The notes beneath the pieces are model-generated. The model was not told where the DNA came from. It saw only the letters and a list, made by a program, of their open reading frames with translations, and did not search any database. From contig CASXBC010000001.1 of assembly GCA_949474265.1 (NCBI GenBank), positions 84,216 through 148,215 on the forward strand: a stretch of 64,000 bases of DNA. The letters run 5' to 3'. The DNA comes from an uncultured bacterium (GTDB lineage: Bacteria; Bacillota; Clostridia; Christensenellales; UBA1242). Each line of letters opens with the position of its first letter. The first letter of the stretch is position 1. Below are positions 16,530 through 31,500 of the stretch, in pieces. A program made the translations under genes and the position numbers.

Positions 16530-19500
16530 ATGGAAAGAATGAGACGTGGTATGTTGTATTTTATCTTGATGGGGATGTTTTTGCTGACAGCTGGTGTTGG
16601 TACCTTTAAACTTGCAGGAAATAATGTGTCTCCAACAAGCGTGGTTGAAGAGGTGGATGAGGTTGACCAATCTGTTTCTGCCAAGGCGGTGACAGAAGTT
16701 ACATTTGATGAAAATTCATCAAGCCTTTCATATCCATCTGGAACGATTTCTGTGGATACAACCTATACATACAAGAACCGTGCTTTTACAAGTGCAATAT
16801 CTATGTCAGGTCTAACGGTAAATTCTGGTATAACTATGAATATTGTTTTTGATGGTTGTTATTTTACTGGGACGATTAGTTTTCCTTCAAGTGGTTTGAC
16901 TTTATCGGGTAATTCAACTTTAAATATAACTTTTCAAGATTGCTATTTTGGACAATATTATGGAAATGCACTTGGCTATACTAAAAGCGGCACAGGTACA
17001 ATGAATGTTTATTGGAATAACTGTATTGCGCGTTTGGGTGGACAGCATTATGGTTTCCTGTATAGTAGTAATAGTGGTGCAACTCACTATTTCAACAATG
17101 TTTTATTTTTAATGTATGGCAGTGGAAGTGGCGGAGGTATAATTTCAAGTAGCGAAACTGTATATTTTAATAATACTTATGCCCCAACTGGTTTTGGAAA
17201 TCATGCAGGAGTGACATATTATACAGATGGGACAGAATTTGCAGATATAAGAACATTTACAAGCGCAAATTCTGACAAATGGTCAACAAACTGGGATTTT
17301 GAGAATAAGTGGATTTATTACAATCACTCTTCTACAACATTTTTGTATGGTTTAGTTCCTGTTACTCGTGCTGGAGCAAAGCATTTGGGTTTGACCAATA
17401 ATGCCATTACTGTTGCCTTGTATGCAAACTTCGATGCGATGACCAAAGACAATGCAAGTGGATATATCAAATATTCACAAGCTTCAAGTGGTGGGTCTGT
17501 CAAACTTGGTGCTGGAAATCACTTCACAAGAAATGGTTACACACATAAATGGGCGTATTCTCCAGATGGGCAAGGTGCAGATGAGTTGACTTTTACTCAG
17601 AATGGCTCAGCTTATGCAATTTGGAATCCAGAGACTTATAGAATTACATATAACGCTGATGGTGGCAGTATTGCTGCAAGCTCAAATTGGTCTGGCAGTG
17701 GTTCAACTGCAATAAGAGACTATACGATTGAACAATCTGTTGTGCTTCCAAGTGCCGGCCTTACAACAAAGAGAGGATATACACTTTCTGGTTGGAAGCC
17801 TAGTTCAACTGTGGGCAATTGGAATTCATCAACAACTTATGCTCAAGGCTCAACACAAACAGGAAAGTATGGTACTGTGACCCTAAATGCTCAATGGACT
17901 CCAAATGTTTATCAAATCACTCTTGATGCCAATGTTGGGAAATTACACATGCCAGATGGTGGAACAAACTCAAATGCAAATCCGCTTGTGGTGTACGAGC
18001 GATTTGGGGATAATTGGTACACAAGTGGCACAAGCTTTACTGATTCAACAAAGATAACTTCGCTTAGTGCATGTCCAACTTTCAGTGGATATGATTTTAA
18101 AGGCTATTGGACGAAACCAGATGGAGATGTTGAAGGAAGTGTGCAAGTTATCAGTGATACCGGAGATTTTATTGCAGGAAAGACAACAATCTTTGCAGAT
18201 GACAACACGGATGATGGCTCTCCAAGGACAGCAAAACTTTATGCACATTGGGAAGGAAAAGAAATTAAGCTTACCTTAAATGGAAATGAGGCAAACACAG
18301 CTTGCTCCCACACTGAAATCTTTGTCAAATATTGGGAGAATGCACTTCATGCAAGCGGAAGTGACAGTGTAAGTTTGACTTTGCCAACGAAAATTGGTTA
18401 TATCTTTGGTGGTTGGACGAAGACTTTGAATGGAGATGATGTGGTTGTTGATGCAGGCACTTCTCCTACACTTGTTTCTGGAACATCTTATACTGATATG
18501 GATGAGACAAAGTTGGTTTGGGTAAATCCAACAGATGTCACTCTTTATGCTAAGTGGATTCCGAATATTTACAAGGTTACACTTGATAAAAATGGTGGAA
18601 CAGGTGGAAGTGACCAATATTGGTATAAGTTTAATATAGAGAAATTTTATTCAGATGAAGAGTGTACAAGTCAGATAACATCAATTGAGATGCCAACAAG
18701 AAGAGGAGATACTTTTGAGGGATATTATACATCGCCAGACCCAAGTGCTTCTGCTCAATATGTAAACCACAATGGAGTTTGGGTGAATGGCGGTTTGTAT
18801 AACACTCCTTCAAATTCAACACTTTACGCAAAGTGGACTCCAAACATCTATGAAATCACATTGGATTCTGGGCTTTATAATTCTGAAACGGATGAAAATC
18901 CAGCTTCTTCTGCAACTGAAAGCGGCACAGGCACAATGTGGGTTAGATATGATGACGCATGGTACAGTGATGCTCTTTGTGGGGAGGCTCACAAGCTGAC
19001 AACTTTACCTATTATGCCTAGCAAGACAGGTTACACATTTAATGGGTATTGGACAACAAAGATGACCGAAGGAGTGCTTGGAGCAATTCAAGTAGTGGAT
19101 GCTACAGGTAAGATAATAGATGGAACGACAAATATTTTCCATGATGGAATAGAGATTGGAAATAGAAAACTCTATGCACATTGGACTGTAAAAACTTATG
19201 ATATAACTTTCAATTATCAAACTAGTGATGTGAATGGAGAAGCACCAGAGATTATGTTTTCTGGTGATGTTGACACAAGAAAACTTGAAGCAAATAAGGA
19301 CAAGCTTACTGTTGGAAATACTTTGACAATAAGTAATGTTGCTTATGGCTCAACAATCAATGTCACAGTCACTATTCAAGGACTCGACAATGAATTTGGT
19401 AAAAGAAATTTTGTAATTAATTATGGCGTTGGAGCAAATTCTGGAGCCCCAACAATAGACAGTGAGGACCATGCTGAGATAGAGGGTACGATTGAGGATT

Positions 19501-22500
19501 TTGACCAAATCTACAATTTCTATGTTTCTGAAAAGTTTACTTTGACTTTTGATAAAAATGGTGGTGCATGGCAGACTGCAGGTGCTGACGAACTTGATGA
19601 AAATGGAAATATAAAGAAAAACTTTCTGTATGGCCAATCAGTAGATTTAGCAACAATTGACAAACTTACAAGAGACAATTATGAATTTTTGAATTGGAAA
19701 ACTGACAGTGGCAAGGTTTATGAGCCAGCTTCAGTTTACAACCAAAATGGAAATGAAAATGTAAGCGAAATACTTTATGCTCAATGGACAGGAGTTTTGT
19801 ATACCATTAATCTTGATTCAAGCAATGGAGAAAACTCTGTTACAAGTGACCTTTCGCAGATTATTGAAAAATATGGTACAGGTTTCTTCAGAACAACAGA
19901 TTGTTCTGAAGATGAGAACCCATTGATTTTGAAACCTGTTTCAAAAGGTTATGTCTTCCAAGGCTATTATATAATAGAAACAGATGGCAGTGAAAGACAG
20001 ATTGTCAATGCCAATGGAGAGATTGTTGTTGAAAACATTTATTTCAACAAAAACAACACTGACTCTGACAAGAGTGTGACAATTTATGCTAAGTGGGAAG
20101 CTGGGCAATATAAAGTGACATTCAACACAAATGGAAGGGGTACTTTTGCCGCTGATGAAAGTGGTGCTACAGGCCAACCTACCAAAAAACTTGATGTTAT
20201 TTTCAATGCTCCAATTTCATTTAATGTTGAAACTGACAAACTTCAACTTACAGAAGTTAAGGGCTATCAACTTGATGGTTGGTACACAGCGACAACTGAT
20301 GGTGAAAAGATTTTGAATGCAGACGGAAGTTCTGCTGGTGCCTCAAGGTTTATTGATGCGGACGGGAATTGGATTTTTGCTCCAGATTTCACTGTTGAAA
20401 ACATTGATGGCACAGATGTTTTGGTGCAAAACCCAATCATTTTCTATGCACATTGGACACCTATTACATATAATTTTGATATAAACTATAAAGCGTTTGG
20501 CGGAACTGACAGTGCAACTGATTTGAAAGTTACGGTTACCGGCGGTGCAACTGTTTCAAGTGAAACTCTTAAGTATGAAGATGGAAATGGAACAGTTAGA
20601 GTTTCTGCGGTTTATAATGACAATCTAACTAAGATTACAATTACTCTTGAATCTTTGGCAGGTAAAAACTATATCATTTCTGGAAGTGCAATTTCAGGAA
20701 TTGGAGAACTTTCAAATGTGTGTCCATTTGATTGGCTTCCTGAGGCAAGTGGCTCTCAAGATATTTATGTGCTTCAACTTTACACAATTGCTTATGATGT
20801 AAATGGTGGAAGCGGAACAGTGGCTGAAACTTCAAAAGCTTATGGCATTGATGCGGCTGTCACTGCAAATGTTCCAACTCGCACAGGACATAGCTTTGTA
20901 AATTGGAACACAGCTCAAGACGGAAGTGGGACAACTTATGATGCAACAATTGATGCTAAAAAGATGTATTCCGTTGATGCTGATGTAACTTTGTATGCTC
21001 AATGGCAAGCAAATTCTTATTCAATTAAATATGACAAAAACAAACCAACAGATGCAAGCTCAGAAGTGGCTGGCACTATGGCAAATTCAGACCATGTTTA
21101 TGATGTTGCTAAAAACCTTTCAACAAATGGCTATTCATTGACAGGTTGGACTTTCGTTGGTTGGAATCTTCAAGCGGATGGCACAGGCAATGGTGGCATT
21201 CATTTTGCTGATGGAGCTGAAGTTTTGAATCTTACTACTGATAGTGATGGGGAAGTTGTGCTTTATGCTCAATGGACAAGAAATAAATACAATGTAGTTT
21301 ATGACAAGAATGCTCCAACAAATGCAAGTGGAACAGTTGAAGGAACAATGAATCCAACAAACTTTGAATATGACATAGAAAAAGCATTGAGTAAAAATGC
21401 TTACATGCTTAGGGGTTGGGCTTTTAACGGTTGGAAAACTGAAAATGGCGTAAGTTTTTCTGATGAACAACTTGTGAAAAATCTTTCAGAAACAAACAAT
21501 GCGGTTGTTACACTTTATGCACAGTGGGTTGCAGAAAAGATAACTGTTACATTTGATGTGGATGCAGAAAATACAGGTGCAACTGTAGACCCTGAAACAA
21601 AAGAATACAATTATGATGATGAATATGGTGAGCTTCCAACTCCAACAAGAGTGGGTTATGAATTTGTTGGCTGGTACACTGCAAGAGATGCAGGAGAACA
21701 AATCTCTGAGAAATCTGCGGTAGTTGGAGAAAAGGATTCAGCAACAGGAAATTATGTTGTGACAATCTATGCTCATTGGAAAGCAAAAGTTTACACTGTT
21801 ACATTTGATGCAAATGGCGGAAGTGCAACAAACAGTGTTTATGTAAGATATGATGATTCTAAAATATATTCTACTTATACAAATGGACAGGTAAGTGGAG
21901 AAGTTTCTGTGCTTGCAATAACCTCTACAAGAGAGGGTTATGATTTTGATGGTTGGACTGAAACTCAAAATGGTGGAGATGTTGTAATCACTAAAGACGC
22001 AGGGCTTAGAGGCGTTGGAAATAATTATGTGCAAACTGTGAATTCACTTGCTGTTTGGAAACATGATGCGGATGTTACACTTTTTGCAAAGTGGATTGTT
22101 CATGTGCTTGCAATAACTGCAAACCTTCATGATGGAAATGGCTTTGTGGTTGATGAAACTACAGCTGCTGGCTGGACTATTCAATCATCAAACACAACAG
22201 CAACCAAAGAAGTAAATTATGGAGAAACTTATGGTGCTTTGCCTGTGGTTTACAGAAACGGATATACATTCCTTGGATGGTCAAAATCTGAGGATTCTAC
22301 TACAGTTGATGTTTTGCCAACAACGATAATGGGAAATCTTGACCAAGTCATCTATCCTGTTTGGGAAGCAGAAACTTACACTGTTAAATATTTTGACACT
22401 GACGGTGTAACTGAAATTGCTGGTCTTAGTCCAACAACCTATCAAATTATTACTGCAACGGCACTTCCTATCACAACAAAAGATGGTTATAAATTCGTAG

Positions 22501-25500
22501 GCTGGAAACCATTTGTTAGTGCAGGTGCATGGGATACAAATAAGGTTTACACAAATTCTGATACTTTTGTTGGAATGTATGGCTCTATCTCTCTTTGTGC
22601 ACAATGGACACCAGAAGTTTATGAGGTGACCCTTGCTCATAATGGTGGAAGCTACAATGGTTCTACAGCAAACTTCAATTTCTATTATAAATATCAACAA
22701 AGTGAACTTGGATATTTTACAACTGCAGATTGCAATGTTGCTTTTGATGCAACTGCACTTAAGGCAACAAGAACAGGTTATCTTTTTGAAGGTTATTTTG
22801 ATGGCTCAACCTCGTTCATTGATGCTGATGGAAATATCACATCACATTTCTATGATTTCTTAAACGGAAAGACTGTGACTGCTAAATGGCAGGCAAAGAC
22901 TTACAATATTTCACTTAATGCAAACACCGGAATTTCTGATACATCAACGACAACTTCTGTAGTTGCTACTTACGACTCAAATGAGTTGATTCCAAATGTT
23001 ATTGTGCCTCCAACTAAAGTGGGATACATCTTTGGTGGATGGACAAAAACTTTGAATGGAGATGATTTTGTCATTTCTTCTGATGGAAATCTTATTGGCA
23101 CTACAGATTATGTTGCTACTGTAAACGGAAATGTTGTTTGGCATAATGACAGCGAAACAACAGTTGTGCTTTTCGCTAAATGGACTGCAGCTCAAACTAC
23201 TATTATGCTTGATTCAAATGGTGCAACCACAGCAGGAACAACAAGTGTTGTTGCTACTTATGACAGTGCAACTCTTTCAAGTGAGATAACAAATCCTCAA
23301 AGGACAGGTTATACTTTTGACGGTTGGACAATTCAAAATGGCACTGCTGCAGTAATCGGTGTCAACGGCAAGCTTGTTGCTGGGATTACAGGTTACACAA
23401 GTTCAAACGGCGAATGGATTTTTGATAATGAATTAAACAAAACAAACAGCATAACTTTGTATGCAAAATGGATTGCAAACAGATATAAGATTTCATTTAT
23501 GAATGGCGACCAAGCAGTGCTTACAGGTTCTAGCGATACTGTTTATGCAGAATATGACAGCAATCAATTGTTTAAAAATGAGATTGGCACTGAAAAGGCA
23601 AATCCACCAACAATTTCAGCTGCTGGGTACACTTTTGCTGGTTGGTATACTGAAAATCAAAATTTTGACAATCAAGTTATTGATGAAAACGGTGCACTTT
23701 GTGTGTCAACAATAACAGGTATTTTGGAAAATGGTTTGTGGAAGAGTGCTTCTGAACAAACATTCTATGCAAAACTTGGAGCAACTCCTTACACATTAAC
23801 TTATGAGGCAAATGGCGGAACATGGAAAACTACAGAATCTGGTGACCCTGTTTCTTCAACTCAGGCTTATGACATCACAGAAACTTTCAATCTTTATGGA
23901 TATAATCAAGTTTCAAGGGATGGTTACACTTTGGCTTGGAGAGTTAAATCATACAGCGGAGATTCTTCAAGTTTGTGGAGAAATGCTACAGGCACATTCC
24001 CTGTTGGACAACAAATTTCAGGACAATACGGAAATGTTGTTTTGGAAGCAGTTTGGACAGCAAAGACCACCGCAATCACATTGGTTTTGAACAATGCTGG
24101 TGGTGACGGTCAATTGACAAATTCTCACAGTGCAACTTATGGACAAGTTGTTTCAGACATTTCTGGAGATGCGACAAACCGTCCAGAAGGCATCACAACA
24201 GTTGCTTGGAAGAAGGGGTACACATTCCAAGGTTATTACACCGCAGATAAAGATGGCGTAAGAGTGTTTGATGCAAACGGAAAGATTCTTTCAAATGTTG
24301 ACAAATTTACAGATGCTGAAAAGAAATGGATATATATTGAAAGCTCAGGCGTAAGCGAGGCTTCTGATGTGCTTAATCTTTACGCACAATTTACTCCAAA
24401 TGTTTATTCTTTCAATTTGGCAATTGGTGCTGGTGTTGATTATGTTTTGATTAACGGTGCTTGCGACGCAAGTGGTACTGCACTTTCTTCAAACTATAAA
24501 GTTTCAAACACTTCAACAATTTATGCTCAATATGGAGCAAATATTGTGTTGCAAGCCTTTGCTAAAAATGGTTATGCAATCAGAAACTTTACAATGGGAC
24601 TTTCTGAAGCCACTTCAGCTGTTGGTGAGATAAAAAATACAACAGAAGGCAGTTTTGCAGAATATTCATTTGTTTTCCAAGATGGAGAATCAATTGATAT
24701 TTCGAAAAATGCTGCTGGCGAGCCGGCTACATATATAGCTGCAAACGCAGAGTCAACAAATGTTAAGTATGAAGTTTATTACAAACTTCAAAATTCAGCA
24801 AGTGGCTATGCAAACGAATTGTTGGTAGGACAGTTTGTCACAATGGCTGGAAGCAGTCTTTCAATTGAAACTGTGAAGGCTTTGGTTTCAGACAATTTGA
24901 TTGTTGGCTACTATTACAGCGGAAACGACTTTACTACAACAAACAAACCTGTTGCAGGAAATGGTGGAGAAAAAGACAATGCAACAAGCTTTATTGTTCA
25001 AGGTGACGGAAGCTTGAAAATTTATCTCTACTATGATGCAACAAAATATGAAATAGTTTACAACACAAACGGCGGAAGCATTGGTGATGGGGCAAAGGTA
25101 GAATACTATTATTACGAACAATTTACTTTGCCTGGTCTTGCGAATGAAGAAGGAAACATCACTTGCACAATGCAAAAAGCAGGCTATGCTTTTGCTGGTT
25201 GGAAAGTTTTTGAAAATGTTGGCAATTGGAGCACAACAGAGTATTTTGATGTGGATAATGCTTTCGTTTCAAACAAATATGGAAGAGTTACCCTTGTGGC
25301 ACAATGGGTAGACAACACTTATGATTTGGAATTTGGAAATGTTTACAATTCATTTGAAGTAAAAATTCTTACAAGTGAAGGTGTTGTAAAAGAAACAGTG
25401 ATTGTTACTAGTGCAAACAACATCATAAAGGACATCAATTTCACAGACATCATCTTGACTTCAACAAAACCTTTGGCTCACAAGGTTGATGGCACTGCTT

Positions 25501-28500
25501 TGGCATCTTCTGTAACAACGGCAAACAATCCAACGAGAGCTGGTTATGTTTGGGGAATTGAAAACTCTGAAGGCGTTATAAACCTCTTTAGTATTGGTAC
25601 TACTTATGAAAATGGCTTTAGTTATAATGGAACATGGTATGATAGTACTTTGGCAGGAGCTACAGGATGTCATGCTTTCTCTGGACTTGAAGCAACTGCT
25701 GGTGCAACTGCAAAATTAAACCTCTTGTGGAGTGCTCAAGAGTATACCGTTACTCTCAATGCAAATGCTGAAGATGGAGTTGTTTCTCCAACAGAGGTAA
25801 CTGTTAAATATGATGAAGCCTATGGAGAACTTCCTATTGCAACTCGTCCTGGATATACTTTTGATGGATGGTACAAGGAAGTTGGTCTTTCAAACAAGGT
25901 TGAAGCTACAACAATAGTTTCAACTGCTTCTGACCACACACTCTTTGCAAAATGGAAAGAAAATCAATACACAATTGTTTTGAATGGAAATGGTGGTGCT
26001 GTTGACACTGTGGATGGGTTTGTTGACCTAAGTGGAATTAAAGGGGCGGACAACACATGGAGACTTACTGCGACTTATTCTAGAGAAGGAACTTTCAATG
26101 CAACTTTAAACAGAAAAGGCTTTACTTTAAAAGGTTGGGCTTTGTCAGACGGAACTTCAACAACAGGAATTACTGCACAAGGTACAATTTCTGGAAGCAA
26201 TGGCTCATTTACTGTGACAGGAACAAAAGTGCTTAACCTTACAACTCAGGCAAATGCGGAAGTCTATCTCTATGCTCAATGGGAAGCTGACTATGTTGAG
26301 ATTACTTTAAATGCTGGAAATGGCACTGTTTCACCTACATTGCTTTATGCAAAATTTGGAGCAAAATACAGTGAAGTTTCTACCGAAAAAGGTGGGGTTG
26401 GACTTGGCGACCTTCCTATTGCAAGCAGAAATGGTTACGGCTTTGATGGTTGGTTTACAACTCTCACTGCTGGCAATCAAATAACAAAAGATTCAGTGGT
26501 TGAAACTGACTCTTATGACACAGCAACAAACACTTACAAAGTAACTCTTTATGCACATTGGAGTGCAAACAAATATAATGCAACTCTTGAAAAACAAGGA
26601 GGAAATGGAGGTACAAGCGACATTTGGTACCTCTTTGACACAGAGAAATATTACTCTGATGAAGGTTGCACAACGCTCTTGGCAAATGAAACTCTTGCAA
26701 TCCCTAATCGTGATGGTTATTCATTTGGTGGATACTACACTGCAAGCAATGGTGCAGGTATTCAATATGTAAACAATTCAGGAAAGATTGTAAACAGCTT
26801 GTATAGTGTTGTTTATTCAAACACAACACTTTATGCAAAGTGGGTTGCAAATTCTTATATGTTGACTTATGAAGTAAATGATGGAGATGAACTCTCTTCA
26901 ATTTCAAAAGTTTATGGAACATCATTTAGTGCAACTGAGCTTCCAACACCAACAAAGACAGGTTATGATTTTGTTGGCTGGTATAGTGATGCGGCACTTA
27001 CAAACAGTGTGACTGCAGGTATGCTATTTAATGTTGGTAATGCCAACTTTGCAGATGTGGGCACGGCGGATACAACTGCAACAATTTATGCAAAATGGAC
27101 ACCAAGTCCAAACACACCTTATACTATCTATTACTATGGTCAAAAGCTTGGAGTTTTTGATGAAGAACTTAATGAAACAAACTGTAGCTTGATTGAAAGT
27201 GTAAATGGTAAGGGTGTTACAGGAGACTCTGTGACAGCACCTGTAAAAGCTTACACAGGATTTGTTTCTCCTGAAGAACAAACAAAAGTCATCACTGCTG
27301 ATGGCAAAATGGCAATCTATTATTATTACGCACGAGACACAAGAAATCTCAACCTTGTTAAAGGTAAGGGAATTGCAGAAGTTTCTGCAAGTGGTATTGG
27401 AGTTTCTTCTGACGGAACAAAAGTTCAATATGGTGCGACAGTAACATTATCTGCAATTGCAAGTGCAGGTTACTCTTTCAGCGGTTGGACTGTGACAAAC
27501 AACACAGTGACAATCACAAACAATTCTTATTTGCATGAAGTGCTTGTGGATGTTGAGATTACTGCAAATGCGACAGCAGTGCTTACAGATTACACAATTG
27601 AAATTTATCAAATGAATCTTTCTGGTGGCTATGAAACTGCACCAACAAAGACTGTTGTTAAGTCTGCCACAACAGATACAGACGTTTCTGTTGATGCAGC
27701 AACTTACAGAGATACAGGCTTTGCATTTGATGAAGAAAACACAAATAATATTTTGTCGAACAAAATTAATGGAAGTGGAAACACTGTATTTAAGATTTAT
27801 TATAAGAGAAATCAATATAAGTTTGATTTGGCTGGATGCTTTAATGGCTTGAATGCTGAAAACATCAATCCAAACAATGTTGATATAACAGTAAACGGTC
27901 AGATGACTGCTGCTCAAAATGACATTTATATTGATGTGTATTATGGTTCGACTATAGTTATCACAAATCTTGATTTGCATAGTGCATATAAATATACGGG
28001 CTATGCTGTGACAGATGCAGAATTTGTTTCTGCTGAAGCATTTTCAGATATAACATTTGTAGTTTCTGCAAAGAATGTTCTTGCTAGATTGTATTTTGAA
28101 AGCAAAGCAGCTTTTGAAATCAGTTATGATGTTGCAGACGGAACAAATCAAACTTCAAATCCAACAAGCTATAAAGCTTCACCAAACGAGCAGACAATTG
28201 TTTTGGCTGACCCAACAAGAGCTGGTTATGAATTTGTAAGTTGGGATGAGACTATTACTTGGTTGGGAGATGACCATGGAGAAGTGCTTCCAACTGTTGA
28301 AGGTACAGCACTCACAATCCCAGCAAATGCTTATGGTTCAATCAAGCTAAAAGCGGTTTGGAAGGCGTTGACTTACAACATTACTTATGTGCTTGATGGC
28401 GGAACGCTTGAAAGCGGTGCAATTTCAACTTATACAATTGAAAGCACAGACAAACTTCCTGCTGTTACAAAAGAAGGTTACTCATTCAAAAATTGGAAGG

Positions 28501-31500
28501 CAACGACAGTTTCTGGAAATTGGCAAATAAACGACGTTGTAAACGCAGGGGATGCTATTACAGGAAAATATGGAGATGTTACTCTTACTGCAACATGGCA
28601 AACAGATGCCGTTGAAGTGATTTTCAATGCAAACAAAGGTGCAGGCTCAACTGCAATCACAATGAACATCAACCTTGATGTTACTACAGGACAAGCAAAA
28701 GCGTATATTGCTTATATGGATACAAACTTCTATACGGGCTGGTCTGGAAATACTAGACCAAACCACACAACAGGCACAGTAGTTAAACCTGTTGCGAGCA
28801 GAAATGGTTATGTATTTAACGGTTGGTACACTGAGGCAAATGGTGGAGTTCAAGTGTTGACAGATGCTGGTGTATTAAATCCAAATGTTGCAGGGCTTAC
28901 TGATGCAAATGGAAATTGGATTTCAACAGCAATGACAGGCACACAACTCTATGCTCAATGGACAAAACTTTCAAATATTGAAGTTACTTTTGACCTCAAT
29001 CTTACTTCTAGTGAGGGAGAGGACACAAGCCTTACTCCAAGCTCAAAGACGGTTACTTTTGATGAGACTTATGGTGCTCTTGCAATAGCAACACGTACGG
29101 GTTACACTTTTGGCGGATGGTTTAAAGATAAATCTTGTGCAGCTTCAACTGAGGTTACTGCTGACACATTGGTTTCAAATCATCAAAATCACACTCTTTA
29201 TGCAAAATGGACAATCAATCAATATACATTGACAATCAATCTTGATGGTGGTCTTTATGGAGATGAAGAGACAGTTGAGCCAATTACTCAAAATTATAAA
29301 TCAACCTACAATCTTAAAAACCCTACCAAAACAGGCTATGGCTTTGACGGTTGGGTGCTTGAAGGTGCAGGCAGTGTCAATGCTGAAACAGGAGTGTTTA
29401 CATTTGGTGCTGGCAATGCTACTCTTACTGCAACTTGGACATCAAAGACGTACACAATCACTTTGAGCCAAGAAGGAGAAGGTGTTACTGCAGGTACTTC
29501 AAGTGTGACAGCAATTTTCAATAGCAATGTTATTTCTGAAAGTATAACAAATCCAACACGCACAGGTTACACTTTTGAGGGTTGGACTGCAACAGATGGT
29601 GGCACAGATTTCATAATTACTATTGCGGGGAAATATGCTGCTGATGCTGTTGAAGGCTTTATCAAAGATGGTAAATGGGTTGGCACTGAAAATAAGACAA
29701 TTTATGCAAAATGGACTGCAAACTCTTATACAATTAGCTATGTTGCCGGTGATGAAACATTGTATGGCACTGCAACAGGAACAACTGCTGAAACTGATGC
29801 AATCTATGATAGAGATGTAAAACTTGCAACAAATGGTTTCTCACTTAAAGGTTATACTTTTGCAGGTTGGAAGGATGAAAATGGCAATGTTTATGAAGCA
29901 GGCACAACTCTTACAAAACCAAACTTCTCAAGTGCGGTAAATGGAAAAGCAGTGCTTATGGCGACATGGACTGCAAACAAATATAATATATCTGTTTCTG
30001 GTGCAAATGATGAGGCTGAAACTATTGAAGTAGAATATGGACGTGCTTACTCAGATTCAGAACTTTCATTTATCACAGATGTTGAAAAATATAACAAAAT
30101 TGGCTACAACCTTACAGGTTTTGCTGAAGTAGATGGTGTTTTTGTAATTGATAGCGAAGGCTTGCTTATCAAAAATCTTTCTACGGCTACAGGTGTTTTA
30201 ATCACTGATGGCAATATCTGGGCTTATGCAAACAATTTGTCATTGGAAGCAAAATATTCTGCAAAAGAATATACTTTGCATTTCAATATTGCAGACACAA
30301 GGCCAGATGAACAAGAAAGCTCAGCACCAAGCGTTGATGGTGAAGCTTCTAAAAAGATTTACTATGACCAAACTCTTGGACAAGACGGTGTTTGGAAGAG
30401 TGCAACAGCATCAGGTTATTACTTTAATGGTTGGTCATTTAGAAATGATGTTAGACCTGTTCCTTACTCTCAATTAACAGATGAAGCAAAAGCAATTGTT
30501 GATGCAAACAAAGACCTTTACGTATTTACACGTGGAGAGGTTACTGATGAAGATGATTACACAATAGATTATGTTTATGTATTGACACAGTTTAATTCAG
30601 ACAAAAATATTGCAGAGCCATTGCTTGGACAACCATTAAAAATTTCTGAAGTTGAATTTGCAACCTCAACTACAATGGTAAATGACAAAGCAAGTTTCTG
30701 GGCAAGCCTCAATGCAAACGGTGAAGTTACAATCTATGCAACATGGATTGGAAGAACTGATATTAAGTATGAAATTTATTTCATGCAAGAAGAGATACTT
30801 TATGATGATGCAGCAACAAATTTTGATGAACTTGAAAAAGATTCTTACAACCAAGCAATCTTGACAAAAGGTCAAAAAGTAAATTATGACTTAAAGACTT
30901 ATAAGGTTGTAAGTTCTGTTGAAAAGAATGATGCGTTAATTTCTGATGATGTAGAACATTACATTGTTGACAAATACGGCTTTGAAGGTTTCTCTTTCTA
31001 TAAATACGAATATATTGGAAAGATAATTCAGGCTGAAGGTGAAGGTGTTAAGACCAAGATTTATGGTTTCTATGATAGACAATCATTCAATTTGACTTTG
31101 TCAAAAACTAAGGGTGTGACAAGCATCAAAGCGGAAGGTGACGGTGTTTCTCCAAAAGCTGATGCAAGAAATGATGAAATTTCTTACACTGTTAAGTTTG
31201 GTGCAACTGTTTCTCTTGTAACGACTCTTAAGGTTGGTTACACTTTTGACAAGTGGGAGACAGTGGCTGGATTTACAGGTGTTGAAACAAAAAATGATGC
31301 TGTTGAAGGTTTGACAAGAACAGACAACTTCACAATGCCAGCAACAACTCTTGGTGTAAATATCAAGGCTGTGGCAACGGCAAACAAAGATACAAAGTTT
31401 ACTGTTGAATACTACACTGAAAATATTGATGACTCTGATTTCTCAAAATTTGGCGAATCAGTAGAGATGGCTGGGGAGACAGACACTGAGATTGATTTAA

